Assembly: GCF_025463825.1 (NCBI RefSeq)
Contig: NZ_JAODBG010000035.1
Location: 35,984 to 99,983, forward strand
Length of the DNA: 64,000 bases
Source of the DNA: Cryobacterium sp.
Lineage (GTDB): Bacteria; Actinomycetota; Actinomycetes; Actinomycetales; Microbacteriaceae
Direction of reading: 5' to 3'
The notes under the pieces were generated by a model that saw only the letters and a list, made by a program, of their open reading frames with translations, had not been told where the DNA came from and did no database searches. The position numbers and the translations under genes are program-made. Below are positions 1-7,986 of this stretch, piece by piece. Within the stretch, counting starts at the first letter, position 1. Each line of letters opens with the position of its first letter.

Positions 1-492
1 GTGGCGCGGGAGGCCGGCTGGACCGAGCTGAACCAGGGCGGGGTGGGCACCGGGTACGACACCATCGCCGAATCGAACGGGTGCGGCGCCGGCTACTGCC
101 CCGCGTACGTGCAGCGGGCGATGCAGGTGGTCAAGCGGGCACCCGATGTCGTCGTGGTGGCCGGCGGGCAGAATGACCGGCCGGCGCTCGCCACTGAACC
201 CGATGCGGTGCGGGCGGCGGTCAACGAGACGTTCCGCCTGATTCGGCAGGGCCTGCCGGATGCGCGCATCATCGCCGTCGGGCCGTCCACCCCCACCCCG
301 GCCACCCCGGCCGTCACGGAACTGGACTCCTGGGTGCACGCCGCCGCGGACGAGGTGGATGCCGAGTACGTCAGCCTGCTCGCTCCCACCGTGATCGCCG
401 CGCCGATGGTCGTGCCCGACCGGGTGCACGTGAACAACACCGGTCACCTTGCTATCGCACGGCGGGTGCTCGCAGACCTGCGCGCTCACTGA
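1..492 (+). CDS. SGNH/GDSL-family hydrolase, 5' end cut by window edge
   Basis: ORF is open to position 1. It has a GGQND block and a C-terminal DRVHVNNTGH (DxxH-type) block. It aligns over its whole length with the next ORF. Confidence 0.65.
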   Translation: MAREAGWTELNQGGVGTGYDTIAESNGCGAGYCPAYVQRAMQVVKRAPDVVVVAGGQNDRPALATEPDAVRAAVNETFRLIRQGLPDARIIAVGPSTPTPATPAVTELDSWVHAAADEVDAEYVSLLAPTVIAAPMVVPDRVHVNNTGHLAIARRVLADLRAH

Positions 493-518
493 ACGATGCC
501 CGGCGCCGGCGGGCCTGA

Positions 519-1319
519 GTGCGCGGATGCTCTTATGCTGGGGCCATGGACACCGGGCGCTTGCGAACGTCTTCGCCCGGCGCAGCACCCCGGCGCCGGT
601 GGCTGTGGCTGTGGTTGCTGGCCGGCGCGGCGCTCGCCGTCGTGATCGGCGGGGCCGTCGCGGCGGTCGTGCTCGGCGGAGCCGGCCGGAATGTGCCCGA
701 ATCGTTGCTGCCGCCGGCCGAGCCGTCGCCCACGATCCCGCCCGGCGACACCGCGGCGGTGTTCCTCGGCGACTCCTACACGCAGGGCTGGGGCGCCTCC
801 GAGCCGTCCCGCCGCTGGTCGGCGCTCGTGGCCGAAGAGGCCGGCTGGGTGGAGGTGAACCAGGGTCAGGGCGGCACCGGATTCGTCACCACGTCGGGGC
901 TCGGCGGCTGCGGCCTGGCCTACTGCCCGACCTACCTGGAACGCGTGCCGGACGTAGTGGCCGCGCAACCCGACATCGTCGTGATCGCCGGCGGCCAGAA
1001 CGACCTGGCGGCGCTCGCCGCCGACCCCGACGCGGTGCGCGCGGCCGTCACCGAGACCTACGACCTGATTCGGGAGGGCCTGCCGCAGGCCCGGATCATC
1101 GCGGTAGGCCCGTCGACGGCGCAGCCGGGGAACGAGCTGATCGTGGAGCTCGACGAATGGGTGCAGGAGACCGCGGCCAGCGTCGGCGCCGACTACGTGA
1201 GCCTGATCGACCCGGTGGTGATCGAACCGGGGATGGTGACCGTGGACGGGGTGCACGTCAACGATGAGGGCCACCGGGCGATCGCCGAACGGGTGCTGTC
1301 GGGCATCCGCGACCGCTGA
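519..1319 (+). CDS. SGNH/GDSL-family hydrolase with N-terminal membrane anchor or signal sequence
   Basis: Blocks GDSYTQGWG, GGQND and DGVHVNDEGH are present, with a hydrophobic N-terminus (WLWLWLLAGAALAVVIGGAV). The start is GTG 519 or ATG 546. It is a tandem paralog of 1..492. Confidence 0.7.
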   Translation: MRGCSYAGAMDTGRLRTSSPGAAPRRRWLWLWLLAGAALAVVIGGAVAAVVLGGAGRNVPESLLPPAEPSPTIPPGDTAAVFLGDSYTQGWGASEPSRRWSALVAEEAGWVEVNQGQGGTGFVTTSGLGGCGLAYCPTYLERVPDVVAAQPDIVVIAGGQNDLAALAADPDAVRAAVTETYDLIREGLPQARIIAVGPSTAQPGNELIVELDEWVQETAASVGADYVSLIDPVVIEPGMVTVDGVHVNDEGHRAIAERVLSGIRDR

Positions 1320-1378
1320 GGCGCCGGATGGCGCCCAGACGGTTCGCCCAGTAGCGCGTCCGGTCGGCGCGCGGCGAT

Positions 1379-2059
1379 CTACGCTCGCGCCGGCCGGGCC
1401 CGCCGACGGATGACGTATTCCGCCACGGCCAGGTTGATCATCCAAGCGGTCCCCATGGTCACGGCGCGGGGCAGCTGTTCGGTCTGGTCGAAGATCATCG
1501 TTTCGGGGATGAGCAGCAGGGCCTGAGTGCCGGCGGCCACCGCAATGGCGTACGCCCGCGTCATCCACTCGCCGTGGCGGATGAAGTCGCGCCGCACGAT
1601 CGCGGCAATCCCGAGGATGAGGCTGGCCAGCATTGCGGAACCGAAGACCAACCGCACCACCAGCAGGAGCGTGCCGTCACCGGGCGGATGCGGGTAGAAG
1701 GCGGACATCCACAGGCCCGTCAGGGCGGTGAGCAGGCCGGCGGGCAGAAGGACGCGCCCGGCGACACGATGCCAACCGCCGCGGCGTCGCCGCAGTGCGG
1801 GCACGAATTGAAAGGCCCCGAGCAGGCTGTACAGGGTGGCGCTGATGATGTGGGTCACGACGGGGACGGGGGAGCCGAGGAACCGGGCGTTGTGGTCGGT
1901 GACGACGGCTCCGCCCGTCAGCTCCGTCAGGCGAGCTGCCCCGGCCAGCACCGGGATGAGGCTGAGGAGGATGAGCCCCGTCGGTGCGAGCCACGCCCGT
2001 CGGGACCGGCTCGGCCGGTCGCGGCGGGGCGGCGCTGGTGCCGGGATGCTTCTTGTCAT
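1379..2059 (-). CDS. Polytopic membrane protein, DUF2306-like (tentative)
   Basis: Taken from the internal ATG (MTRSIPAP...) of the 1379..2215 ORF. The ATG overlaps the stop of the upstream gene (ATGA at 2056-2059). It has several hydrophobic segments and high GC3. Confidence 0.55.
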   Translation of the reverse strand: MTRSIPAPAPPRRDRPSRSRRAWLAPTGLILLSLIPVLAGAARLTELTGGAVVTDHNARFLGSPVPVVTHIISATLYSLLGAFQFVPALRRRRGGWHRVAGRVLLPAGLLTALTGLWMSAFYPHPPGDGTLLLVVRLVFGSAMLASLILGIAAIVRRDFIRHGEWMTRAYAIAVAAGTQALLLIPETMIFDQTEQLPRAVTMGTAWMINLAVAEYVIRRRARPARA

Positions 2060-2298
2060 GAGTGCCGTCTCCTCAGGGGGTTGACCGAGATCAAGGGCAC
2101 CCCCAGGTCGCCGACCCGTCTCATCAGCCCGTGCAGCGCGGCCTGATCGGCGACCGGCCCGGTGAGGGTGGTGGTGCCATCGCTGTCGGCCGTGAGCGTG
2201 AGGCCGTCGAACCACTCGGCCCAGCTCGAATCGAGCTGACCCTGTAGGCGGATCTCATACCAGCCGGGGTCGGGGGACGGGGAGGATGACGTGCTCAT
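2056..2298 (-). CDS. Small soluble conserved hypothetical protein (80 aa)
   Basis: High GC3. Its stop overlaps the start of the downstream membrane gene. The C-terminal motif GPVADQAALHGLMRRVGDLGVPLISV looks, from memory, like a recurrent actinobacterial small-protein family with no assigned function. Confidence 0.5.
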   Translation of the reverse strand: MSTSSSPSPDPGWYEIRLQGQLDSSWAEWFDGLTLTADSDGTTTLTGPVADQAALHGLMRRVGDLGVPLISVNPLRRRHS

Positions 2299-2317
2299 CG
2301 CGCTGGCTTTCGGCGGG

Positions 2318-2998
2318 TCAGACGGCGTGCGTGCGGTGCTCGTGCCCGGTTCGGTCGGCCTGCTCCACCAGGCCGCGCCGGGCGGACCAGAGCGAGTAGC
2401 CGAGCCAGATCAGGGCCAGTCCCATGGGAACAGCGGCCATCCGTTCGATGGCATGTGGCAGCAGGCCGGCGACGGGGGTCAGGGCGGCCGCGACGATCAG
2501 CAGGATGCCGGCTCCGCGGGACAAGACGCGGGCGCGGAGGATGGCGATACCGAACACCAGGGCACCGAGGACGTAGAACAGCAGCCCCACCAGGGGGAGG
2601 GCGGCCAGCGGGCCCAGGTCGGTCACGGCCGGGTACCGGCCGAAGAGTCCGACGATGTCCACCGCGAGCTGCGGCGCGTCGACTGCGATCAACGGGGCGA
2701 TGAACGCTTCGGCGAAATTGAACGCCGACTGCAGGACGAAAAAGAAGCCGAACATCAGGTATCCGATCAGGCCGAGCAGCCCGATCCTTGTCACCTGGTG
2801 CAGGTAGAGGCCAGTGAGCCCGATCAGGCCGAGCACGGCCATGCCGAAGCTGAGGACGTGCACAGTCGCCCACAGCGCGGTGGTGAGGGATTCGATCCGA
2901 TCCGGGGGATGGATGAACTGGATGACGATGTAGATGAGCCCGGACAGGGCGGCGGCGAGGCCGGCTCCCCGGGTCAGCGTGGCAGGCGTGATGTTCAT
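2318..2998 (-). CDS. Polytopic membrane protein, unknown function
   Basis: A 226 aa ORF with about 6 hydrophobic helices. An AAGGAGA Shine-Dalgarno sits upstream of ATG 2998, and GC3 is high. Confidence 0.6.
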   Translation of the reverse strand: MNITPATLTRGAGLAAALSGLIYIVIQFIHPPDRIESLTTALWATVHVLSFGMAVLGLIGLTGLYLHQVTRIGLLGLIGYLMFGFFFVLQSAFNFAEAFIAPLIAVDAPQLAVDIVGLFGRYPAVTDLGPLAALPLVGLLFYVLGALVFGIAILRARVLSRGAGILLIVAAALTPVAGLLPHAIERMAAVPMGLALIWLGYSLWSARRGLVEQADRTGHEHRTHAV

Positions 2999-3124
2999 GG
3001 CCGTTCTCCTTGCTTGTGGGTTGCCCCAGGCGGGCGCCTGCGGACAATCTGAATCTACGAAGGCAGCTCTCCGCCGGCATCACCCCGCGATGTGATGCCG
3101 GGTGGTGATTGTGCGCGGATGGGC

Positions 3125-5845
3125 CTAGATCAGGCCCAGGGCCTCCGCACGCCGCACGGCTGCCGGCCGGCTGTTGACCTCGAGCTTCGCGAAGATGTGC
3201 TTGGTGTGCGTGCGCAACGTGTTGACGGTGACATACAGTTCGCCGGCGATCTGAGGGCCGCTCAGCTCGGTGGCCATCAGCCTGAGCACGTGGAGTTCCC
3301 GCTCGCTGAGAGCCGTCAAGGGCCGGTCGGACCGGGCCGCCGCCATGGCCCCGGCCGTGCCGTCGGCCTGCCGGAAGGCTCGATTGAGTCGGCGAACATG
3401 GTCGCCGACGACCCCGGTCTCCGCCGCCGCCCGCAATAGCACCGCCAGGGGTGCGCCCTCGTCGAGGAAGAGCCGGATGTACCCCTCGGGTTCCGCCTGC
3501 CGGAGCGCCCGGTTCAACGGCGCGAGCCCTTGAGCTGTGCGGCCGTTGGCGGCGTGCACCAGCGACTGCAGGATGAGGATTTCGGTGGCGGATCCGGTGC
3601 GCCCGGCCGCGTCCGCCGCCGTGAGCAGCCGCTCCAGCAGCCCCGTCACGTCGTCCAGGCTGCCGGGCTGCCGGGCACCCGTGTGCGTGCCGAGCAGCAA
3701 TCTGGCCAGGGTGATGTGTTCGAACTCGCGCCGGTAGCTCAGGTCATCCGCCGCCGTGAGCCCCTGCTCATCGGCCCACGCCTCGGCCTCAGCGAGCCGG
3801 CCCTGTGAGATCCAGAGGCGGGCCTTCATCGCGGCGATCGGGCGCACCTCGGGGAAGAACCCCCGCAGGTACAGGCGTTCGGCGGTGGCGAGCAGGTCCA
3901 GGGCGGCTTCGGGCTGCCCCTCGGCCTCCCGGAGCCGGGCCAGGGCGAGATACGACCGGTGCCGGTTCTCGTGCGTGGATGCCCGTCCACCCAAGGCCTC
4001 GGCTGCCGCGAGGTGTGCGGCGGCGGCCGGAAGGTCGTTGCGTTGCAGGAACAGTTCACTGATGCCCACGTGCAGGTCCGCGGTGGACTGCGGGGGCGGG
4101 TCGCCCTGCTCGGCCGCCAGCTGCAGGGCGCGCTCGAAAGCGGACTGGGCTTCCCACAGGCGCCCCTGCGGAATGAGCATGTCGGCCAGCACGATGGTGG
4201 TGGCCAGGAGGTCCGCCGTATTTCCGGCCAATCGCAACCCGGTCTGGACCTCCCGGAAGGCCCGCACCCCCGCCTTCAGGTCACCGGCGGCCCAGGAGGC
4301 CAGACCGAGGAAACCCGCCGCCGCGCTGCGCCCCAGGTGGTCATCGGGGCGGGTGAGGTCCAGGGCTCGTTGAGCGTGTTGCCGCGTGCCGGCCACATCC
4401 CCTCGCGACTGCGCCACGGCCGCCCGGTACACCTCGATCGAGACGGGCAGCTTCTGAAGCTCCTCACCCGGCAGCGACAGGTGTGTGTTGGCGCCGTCGG
4501 CGGCGGTGGCCGCGAGCGCCATCTCCACGGCGTGCAGTCTCGGTTCGACGGCCGCCAGATCGCCCGCCACGATGGACGACCAGGCACGGTAGACACCGAG
4601 CACTGGTCGCCGGTCGATGACGTGTTCGGGGAGGAGCGCCAACCAGCGCAGCAGCGTGGCGTCCTGCCGGCTCCTCCTGATGGAGGGAATGATGCTCTCG
4701 ATCACACGCGCCGCCCGGTCGAAGTCCGCGGCCGCCAACGCGTGGGTGACGGCCTCCTCCGGCAGGTCGTGCTCCTCATACCAGGCGCTGGCCAGGCCGT
4801 GCAGTTGCGGCACCAGGTCGGGCCGGTCCCGCAACAGGCGGGCTCGGAGAGCGTCCGCGAAGAGGTGGTGATAGCGGTACCACCGGCGACCGTCGTCCAG
4901 CGGAATGACGAACAGGTTGTCGCGGTCCAGCGATTCCAGGATCGCCGCGCCGCCCGGCTGGCCGGTGAGCTCATCGCAGAGGGAGGCGGTGAGCCTCTCC
5001 AGGACCGCTGTACGGAGCAGGAAATCACGGGTGCTCTCGTTCTGGCTCTGCAGGACCTCTTCGGCGAGGTAATCGATCACGAAGCGGTTACTCCCGGTGA
5101 ACCCCTGAATGAAGCCGGCGACATCCGTTCGTTCCTGCATGGACAGGGCCGCCAGCTGAAGGCCGGCTATCCAACCCTCCGTGCGGGTTTCGAGCGCGTC
5201 GACGTCCGCGGTCGAGAGCCCCAGTCCCATCATCTCGTTGAGGAAGGCGGCGGCCTCGACGGTGCTGAAGCGCAGGTCCGCCGCACGCAGCTCGGTGAGC
5301 ACTCCGCCCGCCCGCAAACGCGCCACCGGCAGCAGCGGGTCGGAGCGGCTCACGATGACCAGGTGCAACGCCGACGGAGCGTGTTCGAGCAGGAAGACCA
5401 GGGCGTCCCGAATCGACGGGTCCTCGATCAGCTGAAAGTCGTCGAGAACCAGGATGATGTCGAACTCGCCGGCGGCGATGGCGTTGATCAGGGCGGTCAA
5501 CGTGGGAATCAGGGAGCCAGCCGGCTGGTTCGCCGCTTCTCGGCCGATTCCGGGATCCGCCCGGTGCAGGGCGTGGCCGAGATAGGTGAGGAACCGGGCG
5601 GGATCGTTGTCGCTCTCGTCCAGCGACAGCCAGCCCACCCGGATCCGGGAATTCCGCCGTTGGGCGTCCGCGATCCACTCGGACACCAGCGCGGTCTTGC
5701 CGAAACCGGCCGGGGCAGAGATGAGCGTCAGTCTTCGGCCGGAGGAAAGCCCCTCGTGCAGCCGTTCGACGAGGCGAGGCCGTGGCACAGCTCGCTTCCG
5801 CAGCGGCGGAACGAAGAGTTTGGTGCCCAGGACCGGCATCGCCAT
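3125..5845 (-). CDS. LuxR-family transcriptional regulator of the MalT/LAL (large ATP-binding) type
   Basis: N-terminal P-loop (APAGFGKTALV), a long helical-repeat middle region, and a C-terminal LuxR HTH (LSERELHVLRLMATELSGPQIAGELYVTVNTLRTHTKHIFAKL). Confidence 0.85.
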   Translation of the reverse strand: MAMPVLGTKLFVPPLRKRAVPRPRLVERLHEGLSSGRRLTLISAPAGFGKTALVSEWIADAQRRNSRIRVGWLSLDESDNDPARFLTYLGHALHRADPGIGREAANQPAGSLIPTLTALINAIAAGEFDIILVLDDFQLIEDPSIRDALVFLLEHAPSALHLVIVSRSDPLLPVARLRAGGVLTELRAADLRFSTVEAAAFLNEMMGLGLSTADVDALETRTEGWIAGLQLAALSMQERTDVAGFIQGFTGSNRFVIDYLAEEVLQSQNESTRDFLLRTAVLERLTASLCDELTGQPGGAAILESLDRDNLFVIPLDDGRRWYRYHHLFADALRARLLRDRPDLVPQLHGLASAWYEEHDLPEEAVTHALAAADFDRAARVIESIIPSIRRSRQDATLLRWLALLPEHVIDRRPVLGVYRAWSSIVAGDLAAVEPRLHAVEMALAATAADGANTHLSLPGEELQKLPVSIEVYRAAVAQSRGDVAGTRQHAQRALDLTRPDDHLGRSAAAGFLGLASWAAGDLKAGVRAFREVQTGLRLAGNTADLLATTIVLADMLIPQGRLWEAQSAFERALQLAAEQGDPPPQSTADLHVGISELFLQRNDLPAAAAHLAAAEALGGRASTHENRHRSYLALARLREAEGQPEAALDLLATAERLYLRGFFPEVRPIAAMKARLWISQGRLAEAEAWADEQGLTAADDLSYRREFEHITLARLLLGTHTGARQPGSLDDVTGLLERLLTAADAAGRTGSATEILILQSLVHAANGRTAQGLAPLNRALRQAEPEGYIRLFLDEGAPLAVLLRAAAETGVVGDHVRRLNRAFRQADGTAGAMAAARSDRPLTALSERELHVLRLMATELSGPQIAGELYVTVNTLRTHTKHIFAKLEVNSRPAAVRRAEALGLI

Positions 5846-5918
5846 GGTCTCATCCTAGGGACATCGCAGGGACAGTCGCCGGACGGACGGGGCGGCTCCC
5901 CCCGATGCCGTCTCCCGG

Positions 5919-6149
5919 TCACTGTGGAAGCTTGCGGTCCTTGACCAGCAGCACCAGGAACACGTAACCGCCCACCAGCTGCCACAGCGCCCGGAACAAC
6001 AGGTCGACAGGGGAGTTTCGGGCGGCGAAGGCCGGCTGGGCCGGAACCGCGGGCCGCGGCGGGGCGACGGGACTCGGCACGGCCTGGTGCGGAACCGGGC
6101 GGCGGTGGAGAAGCAGATTCTCGCTCACGACCGCCAGCGTAGGCGGCAC
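5919..6149 (-). CDS. Possible small membrane protein (76 aa), Pro-rich N-terminus plus one C-terminal TM helix
   Basis: GTG start. About 85 percent G/C at third codon positions by my count. Hydrophobic tail LLFRALWQLVGGYVFLVLLV. I recognise no homology. Confidence 0.3.
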   Translation of the reverse strand: MPPTLAVVSENLLLHRRPVPHQAVPSPVAPPRPAVPAQPAFAARNSPVDLLFRALWQLVGGYVFLVLLVKDRKLPQ

Positions 6150-6210
6150 CGGTGACCGGCGGGCAAACGCCGGGTGACGGTTGTCGCGCCGGCCGCACCC
6201 GGTATGCGGT

Positions 6211-6251
6211 GTGCCGCGGGATGTTCCCGGGTTGCGTTGTGCCGCGGGATG
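6211..6251. repeat. Direct repeat GTGCCGCGGGATG x2, 28 bp apart (28-bp unit); the minus-strand reading resembles the CGCGGCAC repeat family
   Basis: The identical 13-mer occurs at 6211-6223 and 6239-6251. The reverse complement ATCCCGCGGCACA(A/C)CGCA resembles 17798-17815. Confidence 0.5.
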
Positions 6252-6298
6252 CCCATGGCTGATCGGCCGGTCAGGCCCGCGGCACCAAGCCGCGTCGG

Positions 6299-6487
6299 CT
6301 ACTCCCGGACGGGCTTGCCGGGTCGCACGGCGGCGGTGTCGGCGACGTCGATGCGGGTCACCCCGTCGTCGGTCTTCTGCACGGTCACCCGCGGCGCGGC
6401 ATCCGCCTCGTCGGCCCGCGGCGCGGTCGTGAGCTGGTCGTGGCGCTTCTCGTCGAACGACTTGTCGGCCGGGTCTTTTTCAGTCAT
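6299..6487 (-). CDS. Small acidic hypothetical protein (62 aa), possibly leaderless
   Basis: Internal ATG of the 6299..7036 ORF; the rest of that ORF is antisense to the Gfo/Idh/MocA gene. GC3 is high. A TATTGT -10-like hexamer ends 7 nt before the ATG. Confidence 0.4.
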   Translation of the reverse strand: MTEKDPADKSFDEKRHDQLTTAPRADEADAAPRVTVQKTDDGVTRIDVADTAAVRPGKPVRE

Positions 6488-6547
6488 GACCGGCACAATA
6501 ACACAGCTTTCTTGAGTGCCGCCAAGCGGATTCGCTAGGCTCGCAGC

Positions 6548-7534
6548 ATGACTGATGCACTCCGCTGGGGAGTCCTGGCCACGGGCGGAATCGCCCACCA
6601 ATTCGCCGGGGACCTCGTGAAGAACGGCTTCACGGTGCAGGCCGTGGGTTCCCGCAGCCAGGCCGGTGCGGATGCGTTCGCCGCCGAGTTCGGCATCCCC
6701 ACCGCGCACCCGAGCTACGCGTCGCTCGCGGCCGACCCGGAGGTGGACATCATCTACGTGGCCACCCCGCACCCGTTCCACGTGGACCACGCCACCCTCG
6801 CGCTCGAGGGCGGCAAGCACGTGCTCGTGGAGAAGCCGCTCACCGTCAACGCGGGAGAGGCCCGGCAGCTGGCGGCGCTCGCCGAGAGCAAGAACCTGCT
6901 CCTGCTCGAAGCCATGTGGACCCGGTTCCTGCCGCACATGGGCCGCATCCGCGAGATTCTCGCCGCCGGTACCCTCGGCGACGTCCGCAGCCTGATCGCC
7001 GACCACACCCAGGACCTGCCCGACGACCCCGGCCACCGCATCAACGCGCTCGAGCTCGGCGGCGGCGCGCTGCTCGACCTGGGCATCTATCCCGTGTCGT
7101 TCGCGTCGGCCCTGTTCGGCCGGCCCGAGACCATCCTCGCCTCCGCCACGTTCAAGGACACCGGGGCGGATGCGCAGGTCGCCACGATCTTCCGATACCC
7201 CGGCGGCCAGATCGCCACCCTGATCTCCGCGAGCGACACCAAGGGACCCAACACCGCCAGCATCCTCGGCACCGAGGGCCGCATCCAGATCGACGAGGTC
7301 TGGTACTCACCCACCACGTTCCGCGTGTACAACAGCGCGAACGAGGTCGTCGAAACGTACGAGACGCCCGAGATCACCGGGCGGGGCATGCACTTCCAGG
7401 CCGTCGAGGCGGAGCGCCTGGTGGCGGCGGGCCTGATCACCAGCGAGCTGCTCACCGTGACCGAGTCGGTGCAGATCATGGAGACCCTCGACGAGATCCG
7501 CGCGCAGATCGGGCTGGTCTACCCCGGCGAATAG
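6548..7534 (+). CDS. Gfo/Idh/MocA-family NAD(P)-dependent oxidoreductase
   Basis: N-terminal Rossmann segment (WGVLATGGIAHQF), an EKP motif (HVLVEKPLT), and a typical 328 aa length. Confidence 0.85.
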   Translation: MTDALRWGVLATGGIAHQFAGDLVKNGFTVQAVGSRSQAGADAFAAEFGIPTAHPSYASLAADPEVDIIYVATPHPFHVDHATLALEGGKHVLVEKPLTVNAGEARQLAALAESKNLLLLEAMWTRFLPHMGRIREILAAGTLGDVRSLIADHTQDLPDDPGHRINALELGGGALLDLGIYPVSFASALFGRPETILASATFKDTGADAQVATIFRYPGGQIATLISASDTKGPNTASILGTEGRIQIDEVWYSPTTFRVYNSANEVVETYETPEITGRGMHFQAVEAERLVAAGLITSELLTVTESVQIMETLDEIRAQIGLVYPGE

Positions 7535-7558
7535 CCGGGCTGCTCGGGTCTGCTCCGC

Positions 7559-7670
7559 TCGCGGCGGTACTGAACGTTCGCGGCAGACGAAAATGTTCGC
7601 GGCGTGTGAAAAAGCGCGCAATATCGCATGCTGCGAGCACTATCGCGAGCTGCGAGAACTTTCGCACGCG
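7559..7670 (+). repeat. Intergenic repeat array with 19-nt phased TCGC(G/A) cores (family A, long copy)
   Basis: TCGC occurs at 7559, 7578, 7597, then 7624, 7643, 7662 (spacings 19, 19, 27, 19, 19). It shares TCGCGGCGTG, ATATCGC, GCGAGCACT and ACTTTCGCACGC with 17799-17880. Confidence 0.6.
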
Positions 7671-7786
7671 GGGAGTTACCCACGCCCGGATGCCGGGGCG
7701 CGTGTGTGAACTCGTGCCGCGAGCACCGACGCGCGAGTAAGGGGCCTGTGCCGCGCGGGCTGCCTCCACGGAGAACGGCGGCACAC

Positions 7787-7814
7787 GGCCCCGCACCTCT
7801 GGCCCCGCACCTCT
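7787..7814 (+). repeat. Perfect 14-bp tandem duplication GGCCCCGCACCTCT x2
   Basis: Read directly: 7787-7800 is identical to 7801-7814. Confidence 0.85.
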
Positions 7815-7986
7815 CTGGCCGGCTCACACCCACGCTCGCTAAAATGCCCGGGTGGATACTCCAGACCGGCCTGAGCCTGAGCGAGGCGACCCTTCCGCCA
7901 CAGGAGCCGACCAGCCGACCGAGCTCCAGGCTGCGCATCCGACGACGACGCACGCGGCAACTGACGCTTCTGACCGAGGCCGCCGA

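Noticed and set aside
3125-5845. Large P-loop/STAND-like protein, considered as a possible Avs-type antiphage sensor.
   Set aside because: It ends in a canonical LuxR-type HTH and has the MalT/LAL layout. No nuclease, protease, TIR or other effector domain is present, so it is a transcription regulator.
7559-7670. Regularly spaced short repeats, considered as a possible CRISPR array.
   Set aside because: The 19-nt period is far too short for a repeat plus spacer. The repeated core is only 4-7 nt, there are no cas genes in the window, and a second locus has the same unit order, which CRISPR spacers would not show.
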